Positions 40,443 through 53,810 of a DNA stretch of 64,000 nucleotides are shown piece after piece. Below the pieces are notes generated by a model. That model did no database searches. It was not told the origin of the DNA and saw nothing but the letters and a program-made list of their open reading frames with translations. Source of the DNA: Eukaryota sp. GEM-RC1 (Eukaryota); the NCBI GenBank assembly GCA_040285855.1, contig JAUFOQ010000013.1, positions 1,364,001-1,428,000 on the forward strand, given 5' to 3'. Position 1 is the first letter of the stretch. Each line of letters opens with the position of its first letter. Both the position numbers and the translations under genes were made by a program.

Positions 40443-41208
40443 ATGTCTTCTGCAGGTTACGATCGTCACATCACTGTCTTCTCCCCTGAAGGACGTCTCT
40501 TTCAAGTTGAGTATGCTTTTGATGCTGTAAAAAACGCCGGACTGACAAGTCTAGGAATGCGAGATTCCAACTCCTTTTGCTTAGTCTCACAGAAAAAAGT
40601 GCCAGTACGTTTCCGCTTCGTTTTTTTTATCATAGGATAAACTTGTTGATCCCTCCACTGTCAGCTCGATTCACAACATAACACCCACCATCGTCTGTTG
40701 TACAACAGGTCGCACATCTGACTCATATCTCTTTATCAACTTTGCTCGTGAAATTGCTGCCACTCACCACCACAAATGGGGATATCATATTCCTGTTGAT
40801 GTATTAGCTACAGAGCTGGGTAATAAGGCCCAGGTATATACACAATATGCTTGGATCCGTCCATTTGGCGTTATAGCTCTGATAGCCGGTTGTGATCCTG
40901 TTGAAGGTCCAAAAATCTACAGAGTTGATCCTGCTGGTCACGTTGCGGGATTTCACGGTATTGCTGCTGGATCTAAGGATCTCGAAGCACAAAATCTATT
41001 GGAAAAGAAAATCCGTGTAGAAGAAGACGCTCGAACGCAAGACTGGCCTAAGTTGTCTGCTCTAGAAATAATGACCAATCTACTGGGAGAAGGAGTGAGG
41101 GCCATGGATCTAGAAGTGGTTTCTGCATCTATGGATGACCCTACGGTGCGATGCTTATCAGACACAGATGTAGAACATTTATTGACTGTTATTGCTGAGC
41201 GAGATTAG
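40443..41208 (+). CDS. PSMA6: 20S proteasome subunit alpha type-6 (alpha1)
   Basis: [21 protein letters not shown]; 31-nt intron at 40605-40635 (KKVP|DKL); ends [10 protein letters not shown]. Confidence 0.96.
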
Positions 41209-41245
41209 TCTTGTACATAAAGAGCTTATACATGAGCTACTTACA

Positions 41246-41761
41246 TCATATACCAAGTTGCGCTGTATCAATAACTAAATTACTGAGAATTTGTACAAAA
41301 ATGGGATGCATATCATGATTTTGAGTTGCATCTGTGATATAAATAAGAATGTCAGTGTTGCTAGAGCCAAGTCTCCCAACACAAAGATATGTCTTCAGTA
41401 TCTTCCTGAAGTGCTTGTCTGTGGTAACATTGTGGTCCTCCATTGATCCTATACCCTCAATAATCTGAAATTGAGTTTGAGGATCTGAACAGCGGGGATA
41501 TTTGACTTCCTTAGTGAAGGAGGTGTGTTTCATATCATCTATACCATTACACTCAGCAAGGTCATTAAGATGAAATTCACACATGGTTTCTAGGGTAGTA
41601 GTTGAAGGAGTCTCCACAATGTCCACCACAAAAACAGACCCAGAAGGTTGATCTACAAAGATTTCTTGATTGTCCTGAATAGGTCTATCCAAAGAGAAAT
41701 CTCGCCAATGGGAGGGCAGGATTGTTACTAGTGCTCCTCCAAAGAGTTCAATTCGTTGCAT
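41246..41761 (-). CDS. MOG1: Ran guanine nucleotide release factor Mog1
   Basis: ELFGGA...LP...D.S..RPIQDNQEIF, FHLNDLA, RL...NTDILI. Confidence 0.88.
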   Translation of the reverse strand: MQRIELFGGALVTILPSHWRDFSLDRPIQDNQEIFVDQPSGSVFVVDIVETPSTTTLETMCEFHLNDLAECNGIDDMKHTSFTKEVKYPRCSDPQTQFQIIEGIGSMEDHNVTTDKHFRKILKTYLCVGRLGSSNTDILIYITDATQNHDMHPIFVQILSNLVIDTAQLGI

Positions 41762-42673
41762 GGAAACAAGAAATGGAATGATTTCTTAGTCACATGACTA
41801 CAATGTAGGTTCAGTCCGGTTCACCTTTTTTGAGCTAAACTGAACTGATCGTCTTTTCTATAGTTTATTATCGTTCTCGTTTTTCATAAATCAGTCAAAT
41901 GGATATGTGTTTCTCATTGACATTATAATCCCAGATCTTACAGATTTATCAATACTTGTAAATTTTCATTGACAAGCTTTATTGACAACAACACTACGGT
42001 GTACATACATCTAATAATCAATATCTTCAAAGTCCAGATTGCCTATCTGGAAATTCTCACCCACCTTATCCTCATAATGTAGAATCAGGGTGATCTGAAA
42101 GATGAGAAAGTAACGGTTCAACTTTGCCATAGGAACCATTCGCCTTAAATATTTCCAAACAAGTACATATCTCGAAGACTGTTGTGCAAAATTGAACGAC
42201 AATAAATGAACTTTGAACAATTGACCAAATGATGAAAGCTAGCCTTATGTTTGTATTTACAGATACACATGCTGTTCTGTAACAAATGAAGTGAAATTGA
42301 GGTAATTTATAAACATAGCTGCCCATGACGTCATGACAATCGTAACAGCGTCAAATCGATCAACAAGATAGTTTTTCAACGTTTTTGATATAAAATCTAC
42401 AGTAAAAGCGTACAATCTACACAGATGACTGAATAGCCAATTGATTTGGAATCCCACTTTTTAAGCAGTATCTGTTTTTATAAACCAAAATTGCCGTATT
42501 GCATGTCTATTTTTCTAAAACGGTTGTAGAGTGGGAAAGATTTCGACTTCATTCCACAGATGATGAACTCATTGTTTAGTCGAGAACGGTTTTGCAATAA
42601 CTTTAATTCCGATTTCTTTTTCGTTTCGTCTTCAAATCCCTCCAGTAACATCATACTACTACGTACGTATCTC

Positions 42674-45600
42674 ATGGATTGTATTCTCTGTTGTCAACCT
42701 TTCAACCTCTCACGGCATCTTCCACTGATTCTCTGTAGAGAAGCTCACACTAGTTGTGCTCAGTGTGCTTTATCCTTAGACCACTGTCCGTTCTGCCGCA
42801 CTCATTCTCCTTTAGAAAAACGCCCGAATTTAGCACTTCGAGACCTTCTTCAAGCTGCTCATGATGGAGATCTCTGTCCTAAAATTCCTTCAGACCAAGT
42901 GGAACTCCATGAAAAGATCGATGAAGGAGGTTTTGCTGCTGTGTATGCTGCTGAATGGTTCAAACTACCAGTCGCGGTCAAGCTTATATCTTTAACTGAA
43001 AAGGAAGAATCAACCTACAAAAGGAGATGAACCTCCTTGTTCAACTAAATCACCCTGCTGTCCTTCGTGTCTATGGTCTTTCTTATTGGGAGGATCGGAT
43101 TGGAATCGTCATGGAAAGAGCTTCTTCATCTCTTCCTTGTCCAAACTCTTTCTCTTTTATCACTGTGGAGTATGCCAAACAACTGTGTCAAGGTGTAAGC
43201 TATCTCCATAGCAAATCTATTGTACATGGAGACCTCAAACCTGGAAATGTGTTGGTTGTTGATAACAGAATTAGAATAGCTGATTTCGGAACTTCTCGCA
43301 ACATTGCTTTAACTTCTACTGTTCCAAGATCTAATGCAATGACTTTGGCCTATGCTGCTCCTGAACAATTCGATAACAAGGTCACTCCCCAAAGCGACAT
43401 CTACTCACTTGGAATTGTATTGTATGAATTGTTCCATAATAGGCATGCTTTTGAAGGAATGTCTATTTTTGGAGTCATGGGGACAAAACAAAAGGGACTT
43501 TCTTTACATTTTGACAAGTCTATACCTACTGAATTGGCTAATGTAATTAAGAGATGTTTAACAGTGGATCCAGCTCTTCGCCCTAGAATTATTGAATTAA
43601 TTCAAAATTTGCAAAATTTAAATCTTGCTGAACCAAAACCAGTTGACCATTCTGTTTTGCTTAAGGAATTGGAGTCTCTTAAAGAGAAAAACCAATCTCA
43701 AAGTGATCAGATATTACTTTTACAATCTCAGAGTAATCAATTCGAAACACAAAATAAGATGTTAAATGAAGAAATTGAATATTTGAATGACATTATTCAC
43801 CAACAATCACACAAGTTACAGAAATATTTAAATTTAGAAAACACTGTCCAAAAAGAAAAACAATCTACGGAGCAAACAATCACCCGTTTACTGAATGAAA
43901 TCTCCTTTTTAAACAATCGCTTACACAGTTCGTCAAATGAATCGCCAAGTTTTACCTTTTCTTCTTCTTCTTCTTCTGCGACTGTTAATTCTGCTATTCA
44001 ATTTAGAACTAGAACAGTTGCTCCAAATCCTGGTAGAACTGTTGTAAACCCATTTGCTGTCATTAAGTCCAAAACGTGCCATCATTTCTCTACTTGCCAA
44101 TTACATCAACGTGATTCCAGTCATGATTTGAGCTTTACTCATGCACCAGCCTGTCATCACGGAAGTCTCTGCAAGGACCAAACTCCTGACCATCGAGAAA
44201 GCTTCTGGCATCGTCCTATCTGTGAAAAAGGACATAAATGCCGTGATGCAGACTGTCTTAAATTCAAACATCATGACCATTTGAGTTGCCCTAATCCTAA
44301 CTGTGTTGACCTCACTGCCCTTCATCAAGCTGACGTCACCCATCCAATCCATTTGGCTGATGATCCTTTCAATTCTTCTTGTTCTGAAAAGGTTGTCTGT
44401 CCTCGAGGCTTCCAATGTACGGAGATGACAACTAAAAGTCACATGAAGAAGTTTGTTCATTTAGAACGTAAGCCATGTGCTGTTGGTTCCATTTGTAAGT
44501 CAGTTGACGAGATTCATTTGAACACCTTTAGTCATCCAGGTGTTTTGGATTTCCGTCCTCCTTGTAGTCATGGAGCTTCTTGTAGAAACAGAGGAAACTT
44601 GGATCACGTGCGTATGTTTTCTCATCGAAATATCCGATTATTTGAAATATTTGGAAATTTGATGCCTGATTTGGGAGTGTTTACCTGTGAAAATAAGTTA
44701 GATTACGTCAGCAATCAGCGCCGTTTACATGGACTCCTTCCCAAATTTCCAACACCTAGAAATCTAAAAGCTCTTGGAGAATTGTTAATGCGTTTCCGTC
44801 CAGTTCATCGAATTAAACCAGAAACCTTTGAATCTTGTCTAACTCATGGAGCTTTCTACTCACTTAATATGATGAAGACTAAGCTTGCAGACCCTGCTAA
44901 AGTCCGTCAGATGGTCGCCGCCTCTCATTATCAATTAGTAAACTACTCCAACCAAGAACAAGCTGCTGATTTCTTAGCTGTATCTACTGAGATGGAAATG
45001 AATGATGAATGCAATGACACAATGTTTTCCCCAAATATAGATCGTATGCATGTTCTAATGGAATGTACTGATCTCTCAAAGGAAGAACGCTCTGAACTCG
45101 GTCGTTTGGCTAGGAACATTGCTCAAGCAGCTCTTGATTTGAACAAGTTAGTTGGTGCTCCTGATGAATCTGGAGCTAAGGTAGGTATCGGATTCCAAGC
45201 TGATAAAGATCTTCGTACTGATCGTACAGTCTTTTCAATTCTAGGACCTAATACTAATACTCACTATGGACCGATTGCAGTTATCTTCAAGTCTTCTGTT
45301 ACCAAGCATACTTCTACTTTTCTTCATGTAACAGCTGCTACTAAGTATTATACTCATGATGGAGCGGTTCCTCACAGACCTTACATTAGAATTCCTGCTG
45401 ACCAAACTGAAAAGAAGAACAATTATTACAAATTAGTTCAGAATTTTGGTGTAAAAGGTGCAGCTGAAACTGTTGCTCTTGATATGTGCCATTCACTCAA
45501 CCACATGAAAGAACATTCAAAGCTGAATCTATCTAAGTTTAACATCTCTTCAGTTACAGAGGAGACATTTGTTCAATCAATTCTAATGCCAGACAATCAC

Positions 45601-46344
45601 TTCACTATTGAGTGCCATCTACCGAGTAAGATTTCCTTTAGTGATGTCGAACACGTTGTCATGCCAAGAGCTGTGTATGCAACACTAAGTAATCGAGCTC
45701 AACACGACCTTGAAGTACTATCTAGGGGAAAAGAAAACTTCTTAATTCTAACAGATTCTGTTGATTCTTGTGACCATCTAAACAAAATGATTGAAGCTAG
45801 CTATTGTACACATGAGCAGTTAGAATATGGCTTTAACATACTTCTTACACCTCAAGATCACCATCGTTGGGCTTACTTAATGTCCTCGTGCTCTTATGAA
45901 CGTGAATTGTGTATTAAATTTGATGTCAATGCTACAGGTAGCTTCATCTTTGGTCTAGTTAACGCAGAATGTCCAATCACTTTTGGTTTCAACAATGGTT
46001 ATGTCTCGGTTTACGAATCTGCTAATCCAAATCCTGGAACTCCAACTCTAGCAACACTTCGAATGTACTTTGTAAAGAGAATGGCCGATAAGTATATTCG
46101 TTTTGGAATTAAGATCAATAAGGCCACTGGTGAGATTTGTATTGAAAGAATTGATCATGGGTTAGAATTCAAATTTGACAAAATTTCTATTATTTCCAAG
46201 AAACTCCGCAACTCTAGAACCTCTACTTCCCAAATCAAAGTTCAACTCGAAAGTGGTAGTAGTTCCTCCCATGCAAGTTTCACTCACATTGAGCTTAACA
46301 CTTCTAAGGAAAGAATCACTCCAAGGAAGATCTGGACTTCTTGA
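42674..46344 (+). CDS. Inverted copy 2 of the RING-kinase-PBZ-ART gene, lacking C-terminal PBZ array and VWA
   Basis: Highly similar to the reverse complement of about 34857-38509; frameshift near 43000; stop after ITPRKIWTS. Confidence 0.85.
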
Positions 46345-47360
46345 TTAAGTCATCTGTTGATAATAAGTCTGGCGATGATAATCTTTTAAGAAAGAAAGGT
46401 TTACTTAAAAAGCGAAGGAATTTATGCGTATTGCTGCAGCCTGCTTACATTTCTAATATATGAGACTAACCTATAGTAATCAATCTAGTTTTTATCATTT
46501 TCTTTGAGTATACAGTCAAAACTGTTTATAGCGTGAAACTCTATATAGCGTAGTTTTATATAGTCATGTATTAATTTCTTGTATATAAATTTTTACATAT
46601 ATAAATGTCTGTGAATATCAGCAATGGACAGTATGTAGTCCAACAAGATGATTCGATTTTAAATAACCACACGTTTTCCAGTGGACATCTTGGAGGCTTT
46701 TGATTAACTCCTTCAAAACGGTACACTAAAGCAGCCTTCATTAATAACGGAAGAATTTGTTTTCGAGTTTTGCAATTTAAAGAAGAGTTCTTATTATAAA
46801 TGTACCACACCGTGTTATTTATGGTCGCGCAATTTGTCAAAAGATCTTCATTGTAGCTGGGGAAAACGATTCTCTTTCCTTATCTGTTAAGTTGTAATCA
46901 CAATTTAGTTGTTACGACAAAAACTGTAGATTAAACAAAGATTACAATTTGTTATTGTGTTTCATTTTCGTGACAGTATTTCTTCTAAATTGTATTTATT
47001 CTGTCCTCGATTTAGTAAGCACTGATGACCGGGATGATACACAGCACTAATCATAAAACGAGTGATGTCTGGCACAAAACGTATTCGTTGTGTTGTTAAA
47101 TAACTAATAGCTACAAGCGTATAGTGTCTCTATAGACCGGGTTGACTGTAAGACTCTCCTGGAAATGCAATCAATACTTATGTACAAAAGCAGTTTGACA
47201 TTGAATTGAATGCCTTCTCATCAAGATCACTCTTGTACTATTCCTTCCCAATCTAACCGTTCTTATGGCAACCTTTCCCTCATGCATTGAACATGTTGAT
47301 TGCCAAATTTCCAGAAGTCCTTGACAAGAGACAACTTGACAACTTCTACCAACCTTCTCT

Positions 47361-49327
47361 ATGTCCTCTGATGTTCTCTATCTGAGTGGTCATCTTCTAT
47401 CTCATGATGATCCTCCGGAATCCTCCAACAACATAATCCCTGGAATAACCAGCAGCATTCCCCAATCTGCATGTACATTTCCTATCTAATTCAAGCGATC
47501 CACCATCTTTAAAAGCTTTCTCCACTCTGCTCAACTCTACCACGATCGCCATTGCTTTGGTAAACGATCTGTTTCACCTGATGGCTCCGTCTCATTCAAC
47601 TGGATAACTTATTCTGAAGCCCTCAATCTCATTGAACACCTTTCCTCCTTCCTATCTTCACTTGACTTATCTCCTGGAGATCGAGTTGGCATCATGAGCT
47701 GTTCTAGAGTCGACTGGCAGTTATTTGACCTTGCCAATCACAGATCTGGATTAGTTACAGTTGGAGTCTACGAATCAGTAAGACCTGAAGATCAACTACA
47801 CATCTTCCAGGATTCCGATCCTTCTGTTCTCATTTATAGTTCTCAATGCCGCTCTTCCCTCCAGTACATTCTTAGTCATTTCTCTAAACCCCTCAAAGCC
47901 ATCATCTCCCTTGATGAAGCTGATGAGTTCTCTACTCACACTTACTCCTCCATCATTGACCTTCCTCTTCCCAAAGTTGAACCTGCCCAAGTCTCAGGAT
48001 CTGATCTAGCCACTCTCGTTTACTCAAGTGGTACCGCAGGAAGAAGTAAAGGAGCGATGTTGACTCATACCAATGTTCTAAGTGGTGCCCTCTCTTATAA
48101 CTTATCTATGCCACCATTCCCAACTCCTGATCACCAAGAAGTCACATTAGCTTATCTCCCGTTGAGTCACGTGTTTGAACGTGTTTTTGAAACTGCCGCT
48201 CTATTTCATGGTTCTAGGATTGCCTTCTTCAGTGGAGATACTTCTACTTTGGTTTCAGATATAGCGCTGGTCCAGCCCACGATCTTTACTGCAGTTCCAA
48301 GAGTTTTAGCCAAGATATACAATGGAATTGTCCGTAACCTGAACAATACTTCCTGTGTATCTAGGCTTGTCTTTAACACTTTCCTTCATCGTAAAATGAG
48401 ACGGCAACTTCGTAATCGTGATACACCCCTCATTACGTCATTTTTTAAAAATAAGATTGCTTCCAAAGTTTGGTGGGAAGCTACGTATCGTTTACTACGG
48501 CTCAGCTAAATGCGATGCCTCTGTTGTAGAGTTTCTTAACACTGTACTATGTGTTCCTGTATGTCAAGGTAAGGTTCTCTATTTGTCTAACTCTAGGATT
48601 TGGGATGAGTGAGACAGCAGCGGCAGGAACTGTCGTTGATTGGACCGACAGATCTTTTGACACGTGTGGGACACTTAAAGCTCCGAATACTGAGATTAGA
48701 ATCAGATCTATTCCTGAGCTCAATTATGACGTCAACAATGAAGAATCACTGGGTGAAGTTGAGATTAGCGGGGATGTCGTTTTCTCTGGCTACTGGAACA
48801 GTGAGCAGAAGAACCTTTCTCTATTCACTAAAGATGGTTTCTTTAGAACTGGAGATGTTGGTAGTATTCGAAACAACAAGCTGGTCATTGTGGAGAGAAT
48901 GTCTAGTACTTTCAAGTCTACTCATGGAGAGATGATCTCTGCGGATATGTTAGAAGCGGCTTATTCTGAGAGTAAGTATGTTGATGATATTGTAGTTACT
49001 GCTGGTGATGCCAAGCTTGTAGCAGTTGTTTTGCTGTGTCCAGACTTATTATCACGAGTAAACGATGATCGTGAAGGATTGTATATTGATGTTTTAAAGG
49101 ATTTGGATTCGATTGCCAGTAAGAAGCAATTCTGTTCTTATGAACGTATTGGGGCTATTCATGTTGAAACTACTGAGTGGAGTCAAGGTGATGGGTTTTT
49201 AAGTGCTTCAATGAAGAAGAAGAGAAAGGTGTTGTTGAGGCATTATGAGTCTGAGATTGAGGAGTTAGTTGTGTCGATGAAGCAAAAGTTAAATACTTTC
49301 AGTTTTAGCTGTAGAACTGAGGTTTAA
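47361..49327 (+). CDS. Long-chain fatty acyl-CoA synthetase
   Basis: YSSGTAGRSKG, YLPLSHVFER, QGFGMSET, DGFFRTGDVG. Introns at 47469-47495 (GC-AG) and 48569-48596; frameshift near 48450-48470. Confidence 0.9.
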
Positions 49328-49932
49328 TTGTGAATAATAAAGATTCATGTTTTTGAAAAAGGACAAAGTGTGAAATCATGTCATATTTGTCGTTCAAAAT
49401 ACGTTCAAAAATAATATTGTTGTTCATAACAAACGATCTTTTTGAAATCATGTATTAACCGTTAATAAAACTCTTCCAGACAACTTCTGTACTGGTCGGT
49501 TGATTCTGAATAATTGCGTTTTTTTAGATAATTGTATGTGTCCAGATGAAAACCTTAAATAACGCACATTTAATGAATGCTTTAGACGAAGCCTTTGATT
49601 GTTTTGAATCGAATGGATTTTACTGTTGTTGGAACAATTCCCCGTTTTGTTTCATTTTCATAGTTAAACTGTGAATGATTTCGTTCTATGAGATAAAGAC
49701 CTGGTAATATTTCATAGTAGTGGATGTTGTTTTCAATGATTCCAGATTTAGTTTTAATATTCATTACTTTTAATTTGTAAATCATCTAAATCATTTTAGA
49801 TTATACTTTAATGACTGGCAATACGCATCTGCTAGGAATCTCATAGAATTCAGTCAAGTAATGAATTTAAGAGAACTTCATTCGATAAACAATTTACTAA
49901 CAATAAACATACTAAAGTACAACACTAAAAAA

Positions 49933-51063
49933 CTACTCATTGATTTCAGCAGAAAGATACTTCTCTACTGGAACCCAAGGGATATCAAAAGCATCAGCAA
50001 CAGCTCTATAAACAACATCACCTTTAATCACATTCAAACCAGGAACGAATTCAGGATTTTCAAGTGCAGCCTGTCTCCAGCCCTTATCAGCAAGCTGAAT
50101 AACATAAGGAAGAGTAGCATTGGTCAAAGCTAGAGTTGAAGTGAAAGGTACACATCCAGGCATGTTGGCAACACAATAATGGAGAATATCATCAATGACA
50201 TAGACAGGATCAGCATGAGTGGTTGGTTTACATGTCTCAATACATCCACCTTGGTCAACAGCCACATCAACAACAACGGTTCCCTTTTGCATCAATTTAA
50301 GCATATCTCTGGTAATGAGATGAGGAGCTTTGGCACCAGGAATAAGGACAGCTCCAATAACAAGGTCAGCGTCTTTAATGACTTTTCTAATGTTATAATC
50401 ATTAGACATCATAGTTTTAACATTCTTAGGCATAACTTCAGCCAAGTATCTAAGCCTGGGAAGTGAGACATCCATAATGATGACGTCAGCACCAAGACCA
50501 GCAGCCATTAAAGCAGCGTTGTAACCAACACTTCCTCCACCAATAACGACAACACGCGCAGGCAAAACACCAGGGGTTCCAGCAAGTAAAATTCCCTTTC
50601 CACCTAGAGGCTTTTCCAAATAGTTGGCACCCTTTTGAGAAGCAAGGCGACCAGCAATTTCTGACATTGGAGCCAAAAGAGGGAGAGATTTATCGGTCTT
50701 TTCAACAGTCTCGTAGGCAACACAGATAGACTTAGATTTGATCATGGCCTCTGTTAATGGTAGATGAGAAGCGAAGTGGAAGAATGTGAAGAGGAGCTGA
50801 TCCTCCTTAATGAGCTCATATTCGGGCTCAATAGGCTCCTTGACCTTGACAATCATATCAACAGCGGCATATGTGTCCTCAATGGTAGGGAGAATATGAG
50901 CACCGGCTTCTTCATAGTCAGAATCAGGAAACCCGGAGTTTTCTCCAGCAGTATGTTGGACATAGACTGTATGGCCTCGTTTAGTAAGTTCGCGAACTCC
51001 AGCAGGAGTCAACCCAACTCTGTTCTCGTTGTTTTTGATTTCTTTAGGAACACCAATGATCAT
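49933..51063 (-). CDS. ald: Alanine dehydrogenase (bacterial type)
   Basis: MIIGVPKEIKNNENRVGLTP, VKVKEP, PMSEIAGR, GGGSVG, DVAVDQGGC, HYCVANMPG; intronless. Confidence 0.95.
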   Translation of the reverse strand: MIIGVPKEIKNNENRVGLTPAGVRELTKRGHTVYVQHTAGENSGFPDSDYEEAGAHILPTIEDTYAAVDMIVKVKEPIEPEYELIKEDQLLFTFFHFASHLPLTEAMIKSKSICVAYETVEKTDKSLPLLAPMSEIAGRLASQKGANYLEKPLGGKGILLAGTPGVLPARVVVIGGGSVGYNAALMAAGLGADVIIMDVSLPRLRYLAEVMPKNVKTMMSNDYNIRKVIKDADLVIGAVLIPGAKAPHLITRDMLKLMQKGTVVVDVAVDQGGCIETCKPTTHADPVYVIDDILHYCVANMPGCVPFTSTLALTNATLPYVIQLADKGWRQAALENPEFVPGLNVIKGDVVYRAVADAFDIPWVPVEKYLSAEINE

Positions 51064-51569
51064 TTGCGGTTGATGCGCTTGTGTAGAGACAAGGAAGACT
51101 GCTTTTAGGAGATTTCTTCCTATTTGAGGCCATGGGTCAAAATAAGGAGTCATATATCAAGTTGACGTTGTTAGACATACGTTAGCAGCATCACGTTCCA
51201 CATCCTGCCGTACAACAGTTATGTACAGTCTCTTGTGAGTATGTCAGTGATAAGGCCGTGATCCAGAATTCCTTATCTACCTGCAACAATCCAGTGAAAT
51301 GAGTTCGTTTATTACGGTCCTTACCCGGGTGCTAATCTTAACACATTCATCTGGATGGGTTGTAGCCTCATTGTTACTACATGAGGTAATGGTTTTCATG
51401 TACACCCGCAATTAATGTGACAATGAAAGGCCAAATATCATTTTGATTGCAATGTTTAACAAAGATCGTAACAACTATAATGGAATTATTTCAGTAGTGC
51501 AATATTGATTATCAATATTTGCAGAAAACCAGTCCAGTCAAACACTTAGAATTGAGCACAATATACACT

Positions 51570-51967
51570 TAAAGTAAAATATGAAATTGAAGCCCCGGGG
51601 CCTGTCCGTATAAGCCCCATCTTAAAATCGGCTACTATTACGTGGGGCTACTATTACGTGGTGGGGCTTCTCTCTATAAGCCCCTTACCAAATCATGTTC
51701 TGAAGTCTCAATTGTGTCGCATGTAGTGGATTCACTGTCAAAAACAATAAAAACAGTTACTCATCAACAACTTCCACATGTGACTCACCCAATTCTAACT
51801 CACACAATATGGCCAAATCCTCGAAGATCGATACTTCAAAATTCTTTATAACCAGGGGCTACTATTACGTGGTGAGGACTCTCCGTATAAGCCCCATCCA
51901 AAAATCGGCCACTATTGCGTGGGGGCCACTATTGCGTGGAGGGGCTTCAATTTCATATTTTACTTTA
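51570..51967. mobile_element. MITE-like element with 27-bp terminal inverted repeats
   Basis: taaagtaaaatatgaaattgaagcccc (51570-51596) and its exact reverse complement (51941-51967); internal repeats gg[c]tactatt[a/g]cgtgg. Confidence 0.8.
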
Positions 51968-52191
51968 TTTGGACTGAGATGTTGGTTGCTGTACGAGAAC
52001 CGGGCACACTGGGATCTATAAATAAATGTGGTCATCAATTAATGCCTTTTATGCTGACAAACACAAAACTATTTCAAACAAAAATACTCTCCGATTTTAA
52101 AATGAAAAGTATTTTTGGCTAAATTACCTTCAATACAAAAAGCAAAGCAACAGAAAGAATCAAAAGAAACAGAACAAGAACACACCAGTAG

Positions 52192-53458
52192 ATGGACTCA
52201 ACGTTCTTGCTCTTAACTGCAAGTTCTTCCACGATCTGTGGCACATAGATTTCAGCGACAAGCATGAGAACCCTTTAGATCTTTCCATTCTCCCTGTTTC
52301 CCGCTCTTCTCTCACCACGTTCTTCCGCTCGCTTTATGATCAAGATGCGGAGATTACCGGAGACAATGCATACGATCACTTCTATCTCTCTGACTACTTC
52401 AAATGTGATGATCTATCTTTCCAAATCACTTCGTCGCTCAACTCTGCCTTCGTAGATTCCCAATACTTGTCTAGCTTCATCTCAAAAGCCAACAAAGTGG
52501 ATGATCTTCGTGCACTTTTGTTTGCAGGTCCTTTCATTCAAAAAGTCTCTTCATTTACTCCTCTTTGTCTTTCCACTTCTTTTCTTGTTTTCTATTAACG
52601 AATTTTGTGGATCTAAGGAAAGTCTTGTTTGGTTTGTTAAAAGTCTAGTGAAGACAATTGAAGAAGATTCTTTTGATTGTTCAGAATTGGAAGGTGTTTT
52701 GAACTCGGTTAAAGTTGATTTGATTGGATGGAATGATTGGAATGAGTTGTTACTTGAAGCACTTGAAAAATTTGAAAATTGATGAAATTTCATAAAGAAC
52801 GTCTCCGAGTTCAGTTTTTGATAAACTTGTTACTCCAATTCAACAAATTCAAACGGTTAATGTTGAAATTGAACAGAAATTTGATTCTGTTCTGTTAAAT
52901 AATGAAGCTCTGTTGAATAAGATTAATCCATTAGAGAGAGAAAATGAGGTACTTAGAACCTCTTCCACTTCAATATCGTTTTCTCCTCAGCATAAACATT
53001 CTGATATTGTTATATCTAACTCTGGTAAGATGATTTCCTTCACTGGAATTGGTGGTAGACGTTCAATTCTAGGTGATAAACCCTTGGTGAAAGGAGGTGT
53101 TTATAAGTGGAAAGTTAAGCATCAGGGTAGTAGTGATTATGGTGTATGTATTGGAATTTCTCCACTTAGGACCTTTAATTCTTCATTAAATCCAAGTCAA
53201 ATGGCTAATTCAAAGTATATCTGGACTGGCGCTAAGGCAATCCTTTCAGGATCATTTTCTGATTGGAACGTTGGTGACGTGTTGGAGTTAACTGCTGACA
53301 TGATGAATAATACTTTCTCAATCAAGGAAATCAATTCTGGATATATCAACGTGATCACGAACTTTGATGACGTGGATGATGTTTATTATCCTTCTTTCTA
53401 TGTTTGTGACTCTTCACAGGTCATTGAAATCGTTGATTGGTTGTTGCTATATCTATAA
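52192..53458 (+). pseudogene. 5'-truncated BTB-coiled coil-SPRY-like gene
   Basis: BTB remnant VLALNCKFFHDLW...DYFKC; SPRY-like end (ISNSGK, GVYKWKVK, VCIGI, VGDVL, YYPSF); no clear start; frameshifts. Confidence 0.6.
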
Positions 53459-53550
53459 AGTACAGCCATAATGAGAAACGAATTTTAAAAGAACAAGAAA
53501 CTGAAGCTTAAGTAACTAAAAAATTCCAAAATTTTGAATAAAAGAAGTGG

Positions 53551-53810
53551 TAAAGTAAAATATGAAATTGAAGCGCTGGGCCCTGCCGTATAATCCCCGT
53601 CCAAAAATCGGCCACTATTACGTGGGGGCTACTATTTCGAGGTGGGGCTTCTCCCTATAAGCCCTTACCAAACCATGTTCCGAAGTCTCAGTTGTGTCTG
53701 TATCAGTTACATGTAATTTATTCAATAACAAGAACAATAAGGCACTTATTCATCAAAAACTTCAATGTCTGACTCACCCAGTTCTAACTGAGACAATAAG
53801 GCCACATCCT
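53551..53810 (+). mobile_element. Truncated second copy of the MITE
   Basis: Starts taaagtaaaatatgaaattgaagc and follows 51570-51820 with substitutions; right TIR absent. Confidence 0.75.

Noticed and set aside
34600..50466. Short ORFs antisense to or overlapping the called genes (e.g. 34600-35028, 36724-37083, 50179-50466)
   Set aside because: Shadow frames of well-supported genes with no independent motifs.
51064..51153. N-terminal extension (targeting peptide) on alanine dehydrogenase
   Set aside because: Homology starts at MIIGVP (51063); the upstream in-frame stretch has no convincing targeting features and may be UTR.
51595..51945. CRISPR-like array in the ggctactattacgtgg repeats
   Set aside because: No regular unique spacers and no cas genes; the repeats are internal to a TIR element in a eukaryotic context.
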